A stretch of DNA of 59,963 nucleotides, taken from the IMG/VR virus record IMGVR_UViG_3300022927_001927; one strand, given 5' to 3'. Both the position numbers and the translations under genes were made by a program. The stretch is from an uncultured virus (IMG/VR IMGVR_UViG_3300022927_001927). Taxonomy: Duplodnaviria > Heunggongvirae > Uroviricota > Caudoviricetes. The notes under the pieces were generated by a model. The model ran no database searches. It was not told the origin of the DNA and saw nothing but the letters and a program-made list of their open reading frames with translations. Numbering within the stretch: position 1 is the first letter of the stretch; each line of letters opens with the position of its first letter. This document shows, one piece after another, positions 18,524 through 28,007 of this stretch.

Positions 18524-18811
18524 ATGTTAATAAAATCATTTAAAGATTTTGTAAATGAAGGCTTAGGTCAAGTAAGACATAAGAAAGTAAATCATGTAGA
18601 AGATATTGATACCAAAGATGGTAACAATAAAGAAGCTGAGAAAAAAGCTGAGGAGTACATGGATAAAGTAGCAGAGGAATGTCCTAGATGTGGCGAGCAC
18701 CCTGATGATTGTAAATGTGAAGAGCAAGATCCGTGGTCAACTCAAAACTATCATAGAGTTCCTAAAGGAGAAGAAAAGAAATCAAAACCAAAACAAGAAT
18801 TTAAAAAATAA
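18524..18811 (+). CDS. Small Cys-containing protein with CTS-like leader
   Basis: MLIKSFKDFVNEG; CPRCG..CKC. Confidence 0.7.
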   Translation: MLIKSFKDFVNEGLGQVRHKKVNHVEDIDTKDGNNKEAEKKAEEYMDKVAEECPRCGEHPDDCKCEEQDPWSTQNYHRVPKGEEKKSKPKQEFKK

Positions 18812-18814
18812 GAT

Positions 18815-19102
18815 ATGAATAAGTTTAACAAATTTTTTGCAGATCATGGTATTAAGTTAGTTGTAGTATTATTGGTACTAAGCTACTTTAAATCATGCAG
18901 TATAGATTCTGAAGTTGAAAGAATCAAAAAAGAACAAAGAGTATTAACCGAAGAGATTGATACATTAGCATCTGAGTTGGTTAACGAAGCTGAAATGATT
19001 GAGTTAATTAAAACAGTACCTGCTTGGAAAACTTTAAGAATTGAAGAGATCTCAGATAAGGAAAGAATCTCTATCAATGCTTTAGAGGAAAAAGAAGACT
19101 AA
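18815..19102 (+). CDS. Membrane-anchored coiled-coil protein
   Basis: LVVVLLVLSYFKSC followed by a coiled coil. Confidence 0.65.
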   Translation: MNKFNKFFADHGIKLVVVLLVLSYFKSCSIDSEVERIKKEQRVLTEEIDTLASELVNEAEMIELIKTVPAWKTLRIEEISDKERISINALEEKED

Positions 19103-19105
19103 TGA

Positions 19106-19690
19106 ATGGCTAATATCATACCAGGAGTACCTACACCTAGTGATCCACAATGTGCATTAACTTACTGTGGTAGAATCATTGCACAAGTAGATTGTATTAA
19201 ATGGATAATGCAAGGTACTACTGCATGCATTGATATTCAGCTATTTGGCTCTGATGAATTACCACTTAACCTAGATAATTTTTGTGATATTCATTTACAG
19301 CTAACAAACGAATTAGACTGTGTCGTAGCAAACTTTTGGTGGCCTGATATTCCTTCAGGCGGTAAAGGTTTTTACATAGACATATTGCAATTCACCGATA
19401 CATCTGGTAAAATTCATAATGAAGGATTAATCAGAATATGTTTATCAGCCGATTGTACAAAAGTATCACCAGGTAATGTATTTGCAGAAATCTTATTAAC
19501 AGAGTGTTCTGGAAATACAGGAGAGACTGGAGTAACTGGCGTAGGTCCAACTGGTGCGTTTCCAACTGGTACAGCAGAGGTATTTGGGATACCTTGTTTG
19601 TGGGTGGCCACTATTCTTGAGTCTAAAATCTATAAAAATGGTGGAGATTCAGGTTGTGGAAGCAGTGGATTTGTGACGGGGGTCGTATAA
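19106..19690 (+). CDS. Cys-rich protein with short G-X-T repeats, possibly structural
   Basis: 11 Cys; GNTGETGVTG. Confidence 0.6.
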   Translation: MANIIPGVPTPSDPQCALTYCGRIIAQVDCIKWIMQGTTACIDIQLFGSDELPLNLDNFCDIHLQLTNELDCVVANFWWPDIPSGGKGFYIDILQFTDTSGKIHNEGLIRICLSADCTKVSPGNVFAEILLTECSGNTGETGVTGVGPTGAFPTGTAEVFGIPCLWVATILESKIYKNGGDSGCGSSGFVTGVV

Positions 19691-19702
19691 ATAAATTGAA
19701 AT

Positions 19703-20404
19703 ATGAAAAATAAATTAGTTCATTATTTTATTATTGGGATATTCTGTAGCTTATACTTTTTAGTAGCTACAATATCAATGATTAATTCTGTAGCCTTTTT
19801 TGATTTAACTCATGAAGGTATTATGAACTGGGCTTTGGCTATAGGATTTGAATTAGGGGCAGCTGCATCTCTTGCTGCAATAATCATTTTAGATAAGACA
19901 AATAAGACAATGGTTTGGAGTTTATTTTTACTTCTTACCGGATTCCAAATGATGGCAAATTCATTCCATGCATTTGTAAACTTAGAAAATTATATGCCTT
20001 GGATAGAGCTCTTTGGATTAGAAGAAGAGGAGCCTATTTTCCAAAAAAGAATACTCTCTGTTGTTAGTGGAGCTGTACTACCTTTAGTGGCTTTAGGATT
20101 TATTAAGTCATTAGTGGATTACATTAGACCTAACGATGAGATAACCGTAACTTCGGAAAATGCAACCGAAGAGATCAATGATCAACCATTAGAACAATTG
20201 GAAAAAGTGGAGAATGAATCATCCAATGAAGTTGTGGAATCCGATCATAATGTATTACCTACTGTAGATGAAGCAGTTATTGATAACTCTAGAGTAAGTA
20301 AGACTAATGTCCATTATGTTGAGGAAGTCCCTAAGAAGAAAGATGATTATTCTGCAGTAGAGCCAGTTGAAACTGAGCGAAAGCATTACATTTCAAAACC
20401 TTAA
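19703..20404 (+). CDS. Multi-pass membrane protein with acidic tail
   Basis: About 4 hydrophobic segments; TATAAATA at 19686 upstream. Confidence 0.7.
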   Translation: MKNKLVHYFIIGIFCSLYFLVATISMINSVAFFDLTHEGIMNWALAIGFELGAAASLAAIIILDKTNKTMVWSLFLLLTGFQMMANSFHAFVNLENYMPWIELFGLEEEEPIFQKRILSVVSGAVLPLVALGFIKSLVDYIRPNDEITVTSENATEEINDQPLEQLEKVENESSNEVVESDHNVLPTVDEAVIDNSRVSKTNVHYVEEVPKKKDDYSAVEPVETERKHYISKP

Positions 20405-20440
20405 GAATAGAGATTCTTTAGGCAAAAAAAATTCTTCGCA

Positions 20441-21136
20441 ATGCCAGCTAGAACCTACGAAGACGAAGTCTTTCGTCAAAAAAGAATTATCAAAAACCCT
20501 ATTACTTTTAAAATACCTCTTAATGAAGAGCAAAAGATTGCCAAACAACAAATATTAGATAACACCATCTCGGTATTAGCCGGAAAAGCAGGCAGTGGTA
20601 AAACATTATTGGCATGTCAAGTTGCATTAGATGGTCTCTTTAGAAGGCACTATGAAAAAATCATAATTACTAGACCCACCGTATCAAAAGAAGAGATTGG
20701 TTTTTTACCAGGAGATCTTCATCAAAAGATGGATCCTTGGGTACAGCCAATATACCAGAATATGTATTCCTTATACGGTAAAGAAAAGATTGATCCTTAT
20801 ATCAAAGAAGGCAAAATTGAAATTGTACCTGTAGCATTTATGAGAGGTCGAACCTTTTTAGATAGTTGCATTATAGTTGATGAAGCTCAGAATGTTACAA
20901 TGACACAGATGGAAATGATTGCTACAAGAATAGGGTTAAGATCCAAAATGATAGTATGTGGAGATGATGCACAAGTAGATCTTAAAAATAGAAAAGACTC
21001 AGGTTTTAGATTCCTATATGATTTAGGTGGTAAAGTAAAGAATCTCGTGTCAATAACATTACTCAAAAATCATAGAGATCCTATCGTAGATGAACTTATT
21101 GAAAAATATGAGGAGTCATACGATAAAAAGGAATAA
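20441..21136 (+). CDS. phoH: PhoH-like ATPase
   Basis: GKAGSGKT, ITRP, IGFLPG, FMRGRTF, DEAQN, TRIG, GD..Q.DL, HR. Confidence 0.95.
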   Translation: MPARTYEDEVFRQKRIIKNPITFKIPLNEEQKIAKQQILDNTISVLAGKAGSGKTLLACQVALDGLFRRHYEKIIITRPTVSKEEIGFLPGDLHQKMDPWVQPIYQNMYSLYGKEKIDPYIKEGKIEIVPVAFMRGRTFLDSCIIVDEAQNVTMTQMEMIATRIGLRSKMIVCGDDAQVDLKNRKDSGFRFLYDLGGKVKNLVSITLLKNHRDPIVDELIEKYEESYDKKE

Positions 21137-21161
21137 GAGATAAATAAAATAAAGTTGAGTA

Positions 21162-22043
21162 ATGATATTAAGAAAGGGCTCAAAAGGAAATGAAGTTAAA
21201 ATTTTACAAGAATTTTTGGAAATTAGTGCGGATGGAATATTTGGTTCTGGAACTGAAAGAGCTGTTAAGAAATGGCAAACCGCTAACGGTCTTGTGGCTG
21301 ACGGTATTGTTGGTCCTGCCACTTGGGATGCTATGGGTATTGCTACTACTGATGATTCGGAAAAAGTTTTTACTACAGAAAATGGCCTAATTATAAATAG
21401 ACATTTTTTACCACCTGGTGAATATAGATCAGGTCCAACAAAAAAGGAATACGTTTTCTTACACCATACCGCAGGTTGGAATAACCCATATAATACAATC
21501 AATAATTGGGCTAATGATAGCAGAGGTTCAATTGCAACTGAATTTGTTTTAGGTGGCCCTTCAATCAAAGGTAATAATGACAAGTATGATGGTGTAATGG
21601 TTCAGGCATTTCCTGAAGGTGGATACGGATGGCACTTAGGTCCAAACGGATCACAGTATATGCATACGCATTCTGTTGCAATTGAAGTAAATAACTTTGG
21701 TTACATCAAAAATGGAAAAACTTATGCAGGCCAAAAAGCAGATCCAGGTCAGTTAGTTAAATTAGATAAACCCTTTAGGGGTTATGATACTTGGCATGCT
21801 TATTCCGATTTGCAATTAGAAGCATTAAGAAAATGGATTCTTTGGATTGGTGAAAGGGATAGTATTGATGTAAGAAAAGGTTTACCTGCATTAGTAAAAG
21901 AAAAAGGAGCTGACGCCTTTGAGTGGAATGCAGATGCATACTACGGAAAGGTAAAAGGACTTTGGACTCATACAAATACTCGTAAAGATAAATTTGATAT
22001 GTTCCCACAAGCCGAGCTTCTTGATATGTTAATGAGTCTCTGA
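21162..22043 (+). CDS. Endolysin: peptidoglycan-binding domain plus N-acetylmuramoyl-L-alanine amidase
   Basis: LRKGSKG.EV..LQ..L..ADGIFG..T..AVK.WQ...GL.ADGIVGP.TW; LHHTAG; IEVNN; TH...RKDK.D. Confidence 0.88.
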   Translation: MILRKGSKGNEVKILQEFLEISADGIFGSGTERAVKKWQTANGLVADGIVGPATWDAMGIATTDDSEKVFTTENGLIINRHFLPPGEYRSGPTKKEYVFLHHTAGWNNPYNTINNWANDSRGSIATEFVLGGPSIKGNNDKYDGVMVQAFPEGGYGWHLGPNGSQYMHTHSVAIEVNNFGYIKNGKTYAGQKADPGQLVKLDKPFRGYDTWHAYSDLQLEALRKWILWIGERDSIDVRKGLPALVKEKGADAFEWNADAYYGKVKGLWTHTNTRKDKFDMFPQAELLDMLMSL

Positions 22044-22429
22044 TGGAAAAGTATATTTATAGATGTAAATTGGATCGTGTAGTTGATGGTGATACTGTTG
22101 ATGCAATGATTGATGTTGGGTTTGATATTTGGATTAAGAGAAGAATAAGATTCAAAGGAATGAATGCATGGGAAAGCCGTACACGAAACCTTGAAGAAAA
22201 AGCTTTAGGACTAGCAGCAAAAGCTAGGGTTAAAGAACTCTTAACTGAGGTAAGTTCAAAACCAGGATTCTTTAGAATTAAATCATACGGTGAAGGCAAG
22301 TACGGTAGGGTATTGGCTGAGTTATTCATTATGGATAAAGATGGGAATGTTGTAAATGTAAACCAAACTCTTATTACTGAAGGTCATGCTCATGAATATG
22401 ACGGCGGTAAAAGAAAAGAGTTTAAATGA
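22043..22429 (+). CDS. Thermonuclease (SNase-like) family protein
   Basis: RVVDGDTVD..ID.GF, R.R..G..A.E, GKYGRVLA, N..LI.EGHA..Y.GG. Confidence 0.88.
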   Translation: MEKYIYRCKLDRVVDGDTVDAMIDVGFDIWIKRRIRFKGMNAWESRTRNLEEKALGLAAKARVKELLTEVSSKPGFFRIKSYGEGKYGRVLAELFIMDKDGNVVNVNQTLITEGHAHEYDGGKRKEFK

Positions 22430-22472
22430 CAGTATGACACTAGGTTAAAGTAAACCATGACAAGTTTTGTAG

Positions 22473-22508
22473 AAACCGTGCTAAAATTAACTTTGGCACG
22501 GTTTTTTC
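22473..22508 (+). promoter_or_regulatory. Inverted repeat overlapping a sigma54-like -24/-12 element upstream of hsp20
   Basis: AAACCGTGCTAAA-N6-TTTGGCACGGTTT; contains TGGCACG-N4-TTTC; followed by a T run. Confidence 0.5.
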
Positions 22509-22565
22509 AGTATATTAAACAAATAGGGGAAACCCTAAAATGTTTAACTTAAAAAAATTTAAATT

Positions 22566-22919
22566 ATGTTTTTAACAACAAAACCTTTCAAATCAATTTT
22601 TGACGATTCAATTTGGGATGAATTGGATAACGTAACAACAACTTTTAAGGGATACCATTCCGAAAAAACCGATGATGGTTATCTTTTAGAAATGTCTGTA
22701 CCTGGTTTAGGTAAGAAGGACCTTTCGGTAAAAATAGTAAAAGGGCGCCTTAACATTAAAACAGATGTAGAAACTAAGTGGCTTACATCCTTTGATAAAA
22801 CCTTCATCTTACCGGAAGAATCCGATACAAAGAAGATTAAAGCAACTGTTGAAAATGGTGTTCTTACTGTAAACATTCCAACTAGGGAAGATGCCGAAAA
22901 AATTGTTGAAGTACTCTGA
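22566..22919 (+). CDS. Small heat-shock protein (Hsp20 / alpha-crystallin)
   Basis: Y.LEM.VPG..K.D, F...F.LP, I.A..ENGVLTV.IP. Confidence 0.92.
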   Translation: MFLTTKPFKSIFDDSIWDELDNVTTTFKGYHSEKTDDGYLLEMSVPGLGKKDLSVKIVKGRLNIKTDVETKWLTSFDKTFILPEESDTKKIKATVENGVLTVNIPTREDAEKIVEVL

Positions 22920-22945
22920 AACTAAATCTAAGAAATTGTATATAA
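22918..22945 (+). promoter_or_regulatory. Class B promoter (18-nt spacer)
   Basis: GAAAC-N18-TATAA. Confidence 0.55.
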
Positions 22946-22965
22946 TAATAAAATCGAGTTAAATC

Positions 22966-23193
22966 ATGAGTACTGAAAACAAAACAGAAGAAATGAATCA
23001 AGGGCAAGCAGTAAACGTTCTTATTCAAGCTGCAAGAATTGCACAAGCAAAAGGAGCATTTACGTTGGAAGATGCTGAATTGGTATCAAAGGCTATTAAA
23101 CTTTTTGTACCACCAACAGAAGAAACCGAAACTGAAGCAGATCCTGTGGTTAATGAAGAAGCTGCAACCGAACCTGTGATTGCAAAAGTTTAA
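22966..23193 (+). CDS. Hypothetical protein
   Basis: AQAKGAFTLEDA motif recalled from large viruses and phages. Confidence 0.7.
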   Translation: MSTENKTEEMNQGQAVNVLIQAARIAQAKGAFTLEDAELVSKAIKLFVPPTEETETEADPVVNEEAATEPVIAKV

Positions 23194-23219
23194 TTGGACT
23201 TACTTCTTAGATTTTTAAG

Positions 23220-23243
23220 GGGAGGGGAAACCCTCCCTTTTTT
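23220..23243 (+). terminator. Intrinsic terminator
   Basis: GGGAGGG-GAAA-CCCTCCC followed by TTTTTT. Confidence 0.88.
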
Positions 23244-23248
23244 AGTCA

Positions 23249-23256
23249 TATAAATA
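23249..23256 (+). promoter_or_regulatory. T4-type late promoter TATAAATA
   Basis: Exact octamer immediately after the terminator and before the glycan cluster. Confidence 0.6.
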
Positions 23257-23272
23257 AAACAAATACCTACAG

Positions 23273-24721
23273 GTGAGAAAGAGAAGAATTCCTAAAATTC
23301 TAGTTAAACCTAGAGAAGTTGAAAAAACATCTGGTGCTAATAAGCAACCAATGAAAACTATTAGGCCTATTAAATCTAGGGTACAGAATGTAAAACCTAT
23401 CACAGATAAGTTTACTAAATTTATTTTGCCTAAAAGAAATTCTAATAGACTGTTCATTATTGCAGGCGGCCCTTCAATCAAAACTTTAGACTTATCTCTT
23501 CTCAAAGATGAAGATACTCTTTGTGTTAATGCAGCAGTTGAAGTTGTTCCTAATCCTACTCACTTTGTAACCTTAGACTATAGTTACTTAACCAAAGGCG
23601 TTAGTACTATAGATTCAATTAATAATAAAATTAGTGGTGAAAGCTTTTTTATTCTTAAAGAAAATAATCCTAACCTTAAAGAAATCGACGGAATTGTTAC
23701 TGATACTCGTCATAACTTTAAATACGAGCATTTAAACAAGTTTACTAAGGTCATAACATCAAAAGCTGATACTGATCCTATGGGATTTGGAAAAAATATA
23801 GACTCTTTCATCAACGGTAACAATAGTGGATTTTCTGCAATTCAATTAGGTTTACTATTAGGCTATGAAGAAGTCTATTTAATTGGATTTGATTTAGGTT
23901 TAGGAAAAGGTGGAGAATCTCATTTTCATTCATGGTACGGTGATAAGAGTAATCTTAAGTCCAAAATAGTAGACTATAAAAATGTTCTTATGTCTGCTAT
24001 GCGACTATATTCTATCGATAAGAGAAAGCCTATCATAAAAACTATTACAGAATCCCCATTAGAAACCTATATTCCACGAATAGACTTAAGAAAGGTTATG
24101 GAAATACCAAAGAAAGAAGCTGAAAGCCAATCCAACTTTATCATAGTAGCATATTACACAATAAATACGCCCTATGAACAAGAAGCAAATAAATTAAAAG
24201 CTTCATTGGATAAACTTAATGTATCTTATGACATTGTAGGTGTAGAGAATTTAGGTAATTGGCAAGCAAATACCAGATTTAAAGCCAGGTTTATGCAAGA
24301 TATGCTAGACAAACATAAAGGTAAAAATCTTGTATATGTTGATAGCGATGCAGTAATACATCAATACCCAAGTCTATTTGATAATTATCCGTATGATATA
24401 GCTGTTAGGTGGCAAGATTTTAGATGGAGAAAAAATGAATGTTTGAGTGGAACTATATTTATGGCAAATAATCAAGCAACTAGAGAACTGTGTAAAAGAT
24501 GGGAAGGTGTTAATGTTTCTGAAGGTCCTGGTGCTACCACTTTTGAGCAATGGAATTTAGGCAAGGTTATTGAAGATATGCGGAAAGAAGGTAAAGTTAA
24601 AGATGGTAACCTTCCACCAGAATACACTATGATATTTGATAGCATGAGAGCGATGTATCCTAATATTAATCCAGTAATTGAACATTTTCAGGCAAGTAGA
24701 AAACTAAGAAATAGAGTATAA
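23273..24721 (+). CDS. Two-domain glycosyltransferase-like protein (MAF/DUF115-like domain plus nucleotide-diphospho-sugar transferase)
   Basis: IIAGGPS, NSG..AIQ...LGY..VYLIGFD; second domain YVDSDA (DxD), SGTIF. Confidence 0.75.
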   Translation: MRKRRIPKILVKPREVEKTSGANKQPMKTIRPIKSRVQNVKPITDKFTKFILPKRNSNRLFIIAGGPSIKTLDLSLLKDEDTLCVNAAVEVVPNPTHFVTLDYSYLTKGVSTIDSINNKISGESFFILKENNPNLKEIDGIVTDTRHNFKYEHLNKFTKVITSKADTDPMGFGKNIDSFINGNNSGFSAIQLGLLLGYEEVYLIGFDLGLGKGGESHFHSWYGDKSNLKSKIVDYKNVLMSAMRLYSIDKRKPIIKTITESPLETYIPRIDLRKVMEIPKKEAESQSNFIIVAYYTINTPYEQEANKLKASLDKLNVSYDIVGVENLGNWQANTRFKARFMQDMLDKHKGKNLVYVDSDAVIHQYPSLFDNYPYDIAVRWQDFRWRKNECLSGTIFMANNQATRELCKRWEGVNVSEGPGATTFEQWNLGKVIEDMRKEGKVKDGNLPPEYTMIFDSMRAMYPNINPVIEHFQASRKLRNRV

Positions 24722-24724
24722 GAT

Positions 24725-25501
24725 ATGCATCACTTATTTTGGTCCGGTCCACATAAACCTAATTGGGGGGATATTTTAAACATTCAGCTATATAGAGAAA
24801 TCACTGGTGAAGATCCTATATGGAAAGACTATAATAGTAAAGAATCTTATTATATGTCTATAGGTAGTATTTTGGAAAAAGCAACCCCACACAGTATCAT
24901 TTGGGGTTCAGGTTTTATGTATGAAGATGGTGTAGTCAAATCTAGACCTTTAGGAAAGAGATTTACAGTCAATGCAGTTAGAGGTCCTTTAAGTAGAGAA
25001 AAATTATTGGAACAGGGTATCCCTTGCCCTGAAGTTTATGGAGATCCTGCTTTACTTTATCCTAAATTCTACAATCCTAAAAATGTACAAAAGAAATATA
25101 AGTATGGAATAATTCCTCACTATGCTGATTGGGATCATATGTTAGTAGAGCAATGGAAAGATAAAGAAAATGAAGGGGTAAAGGTTATTAATATTTTAAG
25201 TGAAGATGTAAATGACTTTGTAGATCAAGTTTTAGAATGTGAGATTATCCTGTCTTCTTCTCTTCATGGAATTATTTGTGGAGATGCATATGGGATTCCT
25301 TCGTATTGGATTAAACTTTCGGATCTTGTATTGGGTGATGGGTTTAAGTTTAGAGATTACTTTGCTTCTGTTGATAGACTAGAAAATGATCCAATTGAAT
25401 GGAATGGTTCATTTAAATATTTAAAATTAGATAACTATTCCATTAATATAGATTTAGATAAGTTATTAGATGCGTGCCCTTATAAAAAAGATTTTATATG
25501 A
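24725..25501 (+). CDS. Polysaccharide pyruvyl transferase family protein
   Basis: NWGD, IGSIL, WGSG, AVRGPLSR, GDPALL, IIPH, SSSLHG.I..DAYGIP, FKF.DY. Confidence 0.88.
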   Translation: MHHLFWSGPHKPNWGDILNIQLYREITGEDPIWKDYNSKESYYMSIGSILEKATPHSIIWGSGFMYEDGVVKSRPLGKRFTVNAVRGPLSREKLLEQGIPCPEVYGDPALLYPKFYNPKNVQKKYKYGIIPHYADWDHMLVEQWKDKENEGVKVINILSEDVNDFVDQVLECEIILSSSLHGIICGDAYGIPSYWIKLSDLVLGDGFKFRDYFASVDRLENDPIEWNGSFKYLKLDNYSINIDLDKLLDACPYKKDFI

Positions 25502-26493
25502 AATTATTAATTATATGTCCTGGTAAGATTGCAAAAGATAAGAGTGAGATAAAATGTTTTAGCGATCTTTTAAATTATTACTTACCTAAATCTATATGCA
25601 AGTTTATTAATGCTGATATTGAAAACATATCAATGGCATATTCTAGTGAAGTAATAACAGAGCTTAAACGAATAAATTTTGCAGGGTATGATGCGGTGCT
25701 ATTTTTAGGCTTAAGATTCTTTAGTCATCAGCCTTCACGGACAATTGAATATGTAAGAAGTAGATTTAATGGGTTAATTTGCCAAATACATGATGGTAGT
25801 AGAAGAAATACTGATGGTGTTGATATTACCTTTACGTTTAAAAATGATGATAGGATATACAAGAATACAAAAGATTGGCATAATCATAAAAACTTTAATT
25901 GGTATATAGGTTGGGCAGCCGACCCAGAATTAAATAGACCTGAACAGAACCCAGATACTCTAGGAATATTAATTGATCATACCAATTACGGTAAAAATCC
26001 TATAGATGACACAGTTCACATAATAAATCAAGTAAAAAGATTAATTAATTCAAGAATATGGGAATCTAAATTTAAGAACATTTCCGTTAGGAGATTTGAT
26101 AGTGGAAAAACGGTTAATGTAGACTTTAATAATACTAAAGAAATTCAAAGATTTGATAGAAGTAAATCTATTCCTATTACAGAGATAAGTAAAGAACATG
26201 GAAAGGCTCATATATTTATGGTAACTCACCCAGAAAGTGTTGGTTTAGTAGTATTAGAAACTTCATTAGCAGGTGCATTGACAGTTACTCCTAATACATA
26301 TATTAACCCAGATAGATTAGAGACAGTTAGACATTACAAGTATCCATCTAATACTGATATTGATTGGAATAAGGTATTAAGTATGATTGATGTTACCGCA
26401 TCTAAAAATACTGCCCTAAAGAATAATTGGGATACCGTTGCTAAAAGATTAATTGAAGGGTTAAAAAATAAATTAAGAAATAATGAAAGATAA
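25498..26493 (+). CDS. Putative GT-B glycosyltransferase
   Basis: IFMVTHPESVGLVVLE...AG resembles the GT-B E-x7-E region; cluster context. Confidence 0.6.
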   Translation: MKLLIICPGKIAKDKSEIKCFSDLLNYYLPKSICKFINADIENISMAYSSEVITELKRINFAGYDAVLFLGLRFFSHQPSRTIEYVRSRFNGLICQIHDGSRRNTDGVDITFTFKNDDRIYKNTKDWHNHKNFNWYIGWAADPELNRPEQNPDTLGILIDHTNYGKNPIDDTVHIINQVKRLINSRIWESKFKNISVRRFDSGKTVNVDFNNTKEIQRFDRSKSIPITEISKEHGKAHIFMVTHPESVGLVVLETSLAGALTVTPNTYINPDRLETVRHYKYPSNTDIDWNKVLSMIDVTASKNTALKNNWDTVAKRLIEGLKNKLRNNER

Positions 26494-27097
26494 TGAAAGA
26501 AAATTAATGGCTGTCTATAAGATGTATGAAGCCGGTCAATTACAACAAAACAAACACTTTGCATCTCATATTGATGCATTGTTAGCAAGAATTCAACCTA
26601 AAAGAATTATTGAAATTGGAACTGCTAGGGGTGGTGCCACATTACTTATTTCTGATGCGGTAAAGACACTAGGATTAGATACAAAAATCAAAACCTTTGA
26701 TGTTACTGTAAAAGGTCCTCATTTACCTATGGCTATGGATAATGTAGAATTTATAGTAGACAATATTTTTAATGAAGATTGGAGTGAATTGATAAAACCT
26801 GAAGAAATAGAAAACTTCTTATCAGATGATGGTGTGAATTTAATTTTATGTGATGGTGGAAACAAAAAGAAAGAATTTAAACTTCTTGCAAAATACTTAA
26901 AACCTGGAGATATTATAATGGCACATGACTATGCTCCTAATAGAGAAGTTTTTGATAATGAATATTTAGATAAAATTTGGAATTGGATGGAAATTACGGA
27001 TGACCACATTAAAGAACCTTGTGAAAAATATAACTTAAAAGATTACTTACCTGAAATGATTAAGCCTTTTGCTTGGGTTGCTAAAAGAAAATATTAA
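26483..27097 (+). CDS. Class I SAM-dependent methyltransferase-like protein
   Basis: IIEIGTARGG, CDGG, LKPGD.I.AHDY. Confidence 0.8.
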   Translation: MKDNERKLMAVYKMYEAGQLQQNKHFASHIDALLARIQPKRIIEIGTARGGATLLISDAVKTLGLDTKIKTFDVTVKGPHLPMAMDNVEFIVDNIFNEDWSELIKPEEIENFLSDDGVNLILCDGGNKKKEFKLLAKYLKPGDIIMAHDYAPNREVFDNEYLDKIWNWMEITDDHIKEPCEKYNLKDYLPEMIKPFAWVAKRKY

Positions 27098-27121
27098 ACA
27101 AGAAGAAAAATAAACATATAA
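27095..27121 (+). promoter_or_regulatory. Class B promoter
   Basis: TAAAC-N17-TATAA. Confidence 0.6.
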
Positions 27122-27127
27122 TAAAAT

Positions 27128-27544
27128 ATGGAAACTATTTACTCAAAGATTAATCCTGATAAACTTTTACATTTAATCCAAAGATTAGATAAGATATCTG
27201 AGCCTAGAAAGGATCTTATTACCGAAGAACATTTTATACAATGTTCTACACTTAAGATGGAAAAGGGAAAAACATTTAAGCCACATAAGCATATTTGGAA
27301 AAATAGAACTAGAGATGTTATTGCTCAAGAATCATGGATAGTTATAAAAGGTTCAGTGAAATGTTATTTTTATGATCTTGACGATAATCTTATAGCAACA
27401 CCTATCTTATATCCAGGTGATGCCTCGTTTACTTTAGAAGGTGGGCATACATATGAAATTTTAGAAGATGATACTATCGTCTATGAATACAAAACAGGAC
27501 CTTATGAAGGGCAGAAATTGGATAAAACATTTCTAGATGAATAA
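27128..27544 (+). CDS. Cupin-fold protein (WbuC-like)
   Basis: PHKH..QE...V..G; GGH..EILE; E.K.GPY. Confidence 0.8.
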   Translation: METIYSKINPDKLLHLIQRLDKISEPRKDLITEEHFIQCSTLKMEKGKTFKPHKHIWKNRTRDVIAQESWIVIKGSVKCYFYDLDDNLIATPILYPGDASFTLEGGHTYEILEDDTIVYEYKTGPYEGQKLDKTFLDE

Positions 27545-27959
27545 AATAGTATTTAGAAAAGTAGAAAGAAAAGATTTAGAAAAAGTTTTTCTTTTATTAC
27601 AGCAATTAACAGAAATAGATTATTCAGATAGGAATTTAGGAGAGTGTTGGAATAAATTCATTTCTAATACATCAGCTAATTCTATAGTAGGATTATATGA
27701 AGATGAGATTGTGGCTTATGGCAGTGTTGTTATAGAAAACAAGATTAGAGGTGAATCTGCCGGTCATATTGAAGATATAGTCGTAGATAAGAAAATAAGA
27801 GGGAAGAACGTAGGTGTAAGACTTATCGAAGAATTAGTTAAAATTGCAAAATCTAAAGACTGTTATAGAATAACATTATTTTGTAAAGAAGAACTTATTG
27901 GATTTTATTCCAAGAACGAATTTGCGGTTAATAATATTGCAATGAAACGATTCTTATAA
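27537..27959 (+). CDS. GNAT N-acetyltransferase (glucosamine-phosphate acetyltransferase-like)
   Basis: LL.QLT, E.K..G..GHIEDIVV....RG..VG, CY.I.L.C...FY.K. Confidence 0.88.
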   Translation: MNKIVFRKVERKDLEKVFLLLQQLTEIDYSDRNLGECWNKFISNTSANSIVGLYEDEIVAYGSVVIENKIRGESAGHIEDIVVDKKIRGKNVGVRLIEELVKIAKSKDCYRITLFCKEELIGFYSKNEFAVNNIAMKRFL

Positions 27960-27986
27960 TAAACAATCTCCTATTATTACATATAA
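27960..27986 (+). promoter_or_regulatory. Class B promoter
   Basis: TAAAC-N17-TATAA. Confidence 0.65.
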
Positions 27987-28007
27987 TAATAAATAGTAAA
28001 GTTATCT

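Noticed and set aside
22473..22504. CIRCE element upstream of hsp20
   Set aside because: The arms and spacer do not match TTAGCACTC-N9-GAGTGCTAA; reported instead as an inverted repeat / sigma54-like site.
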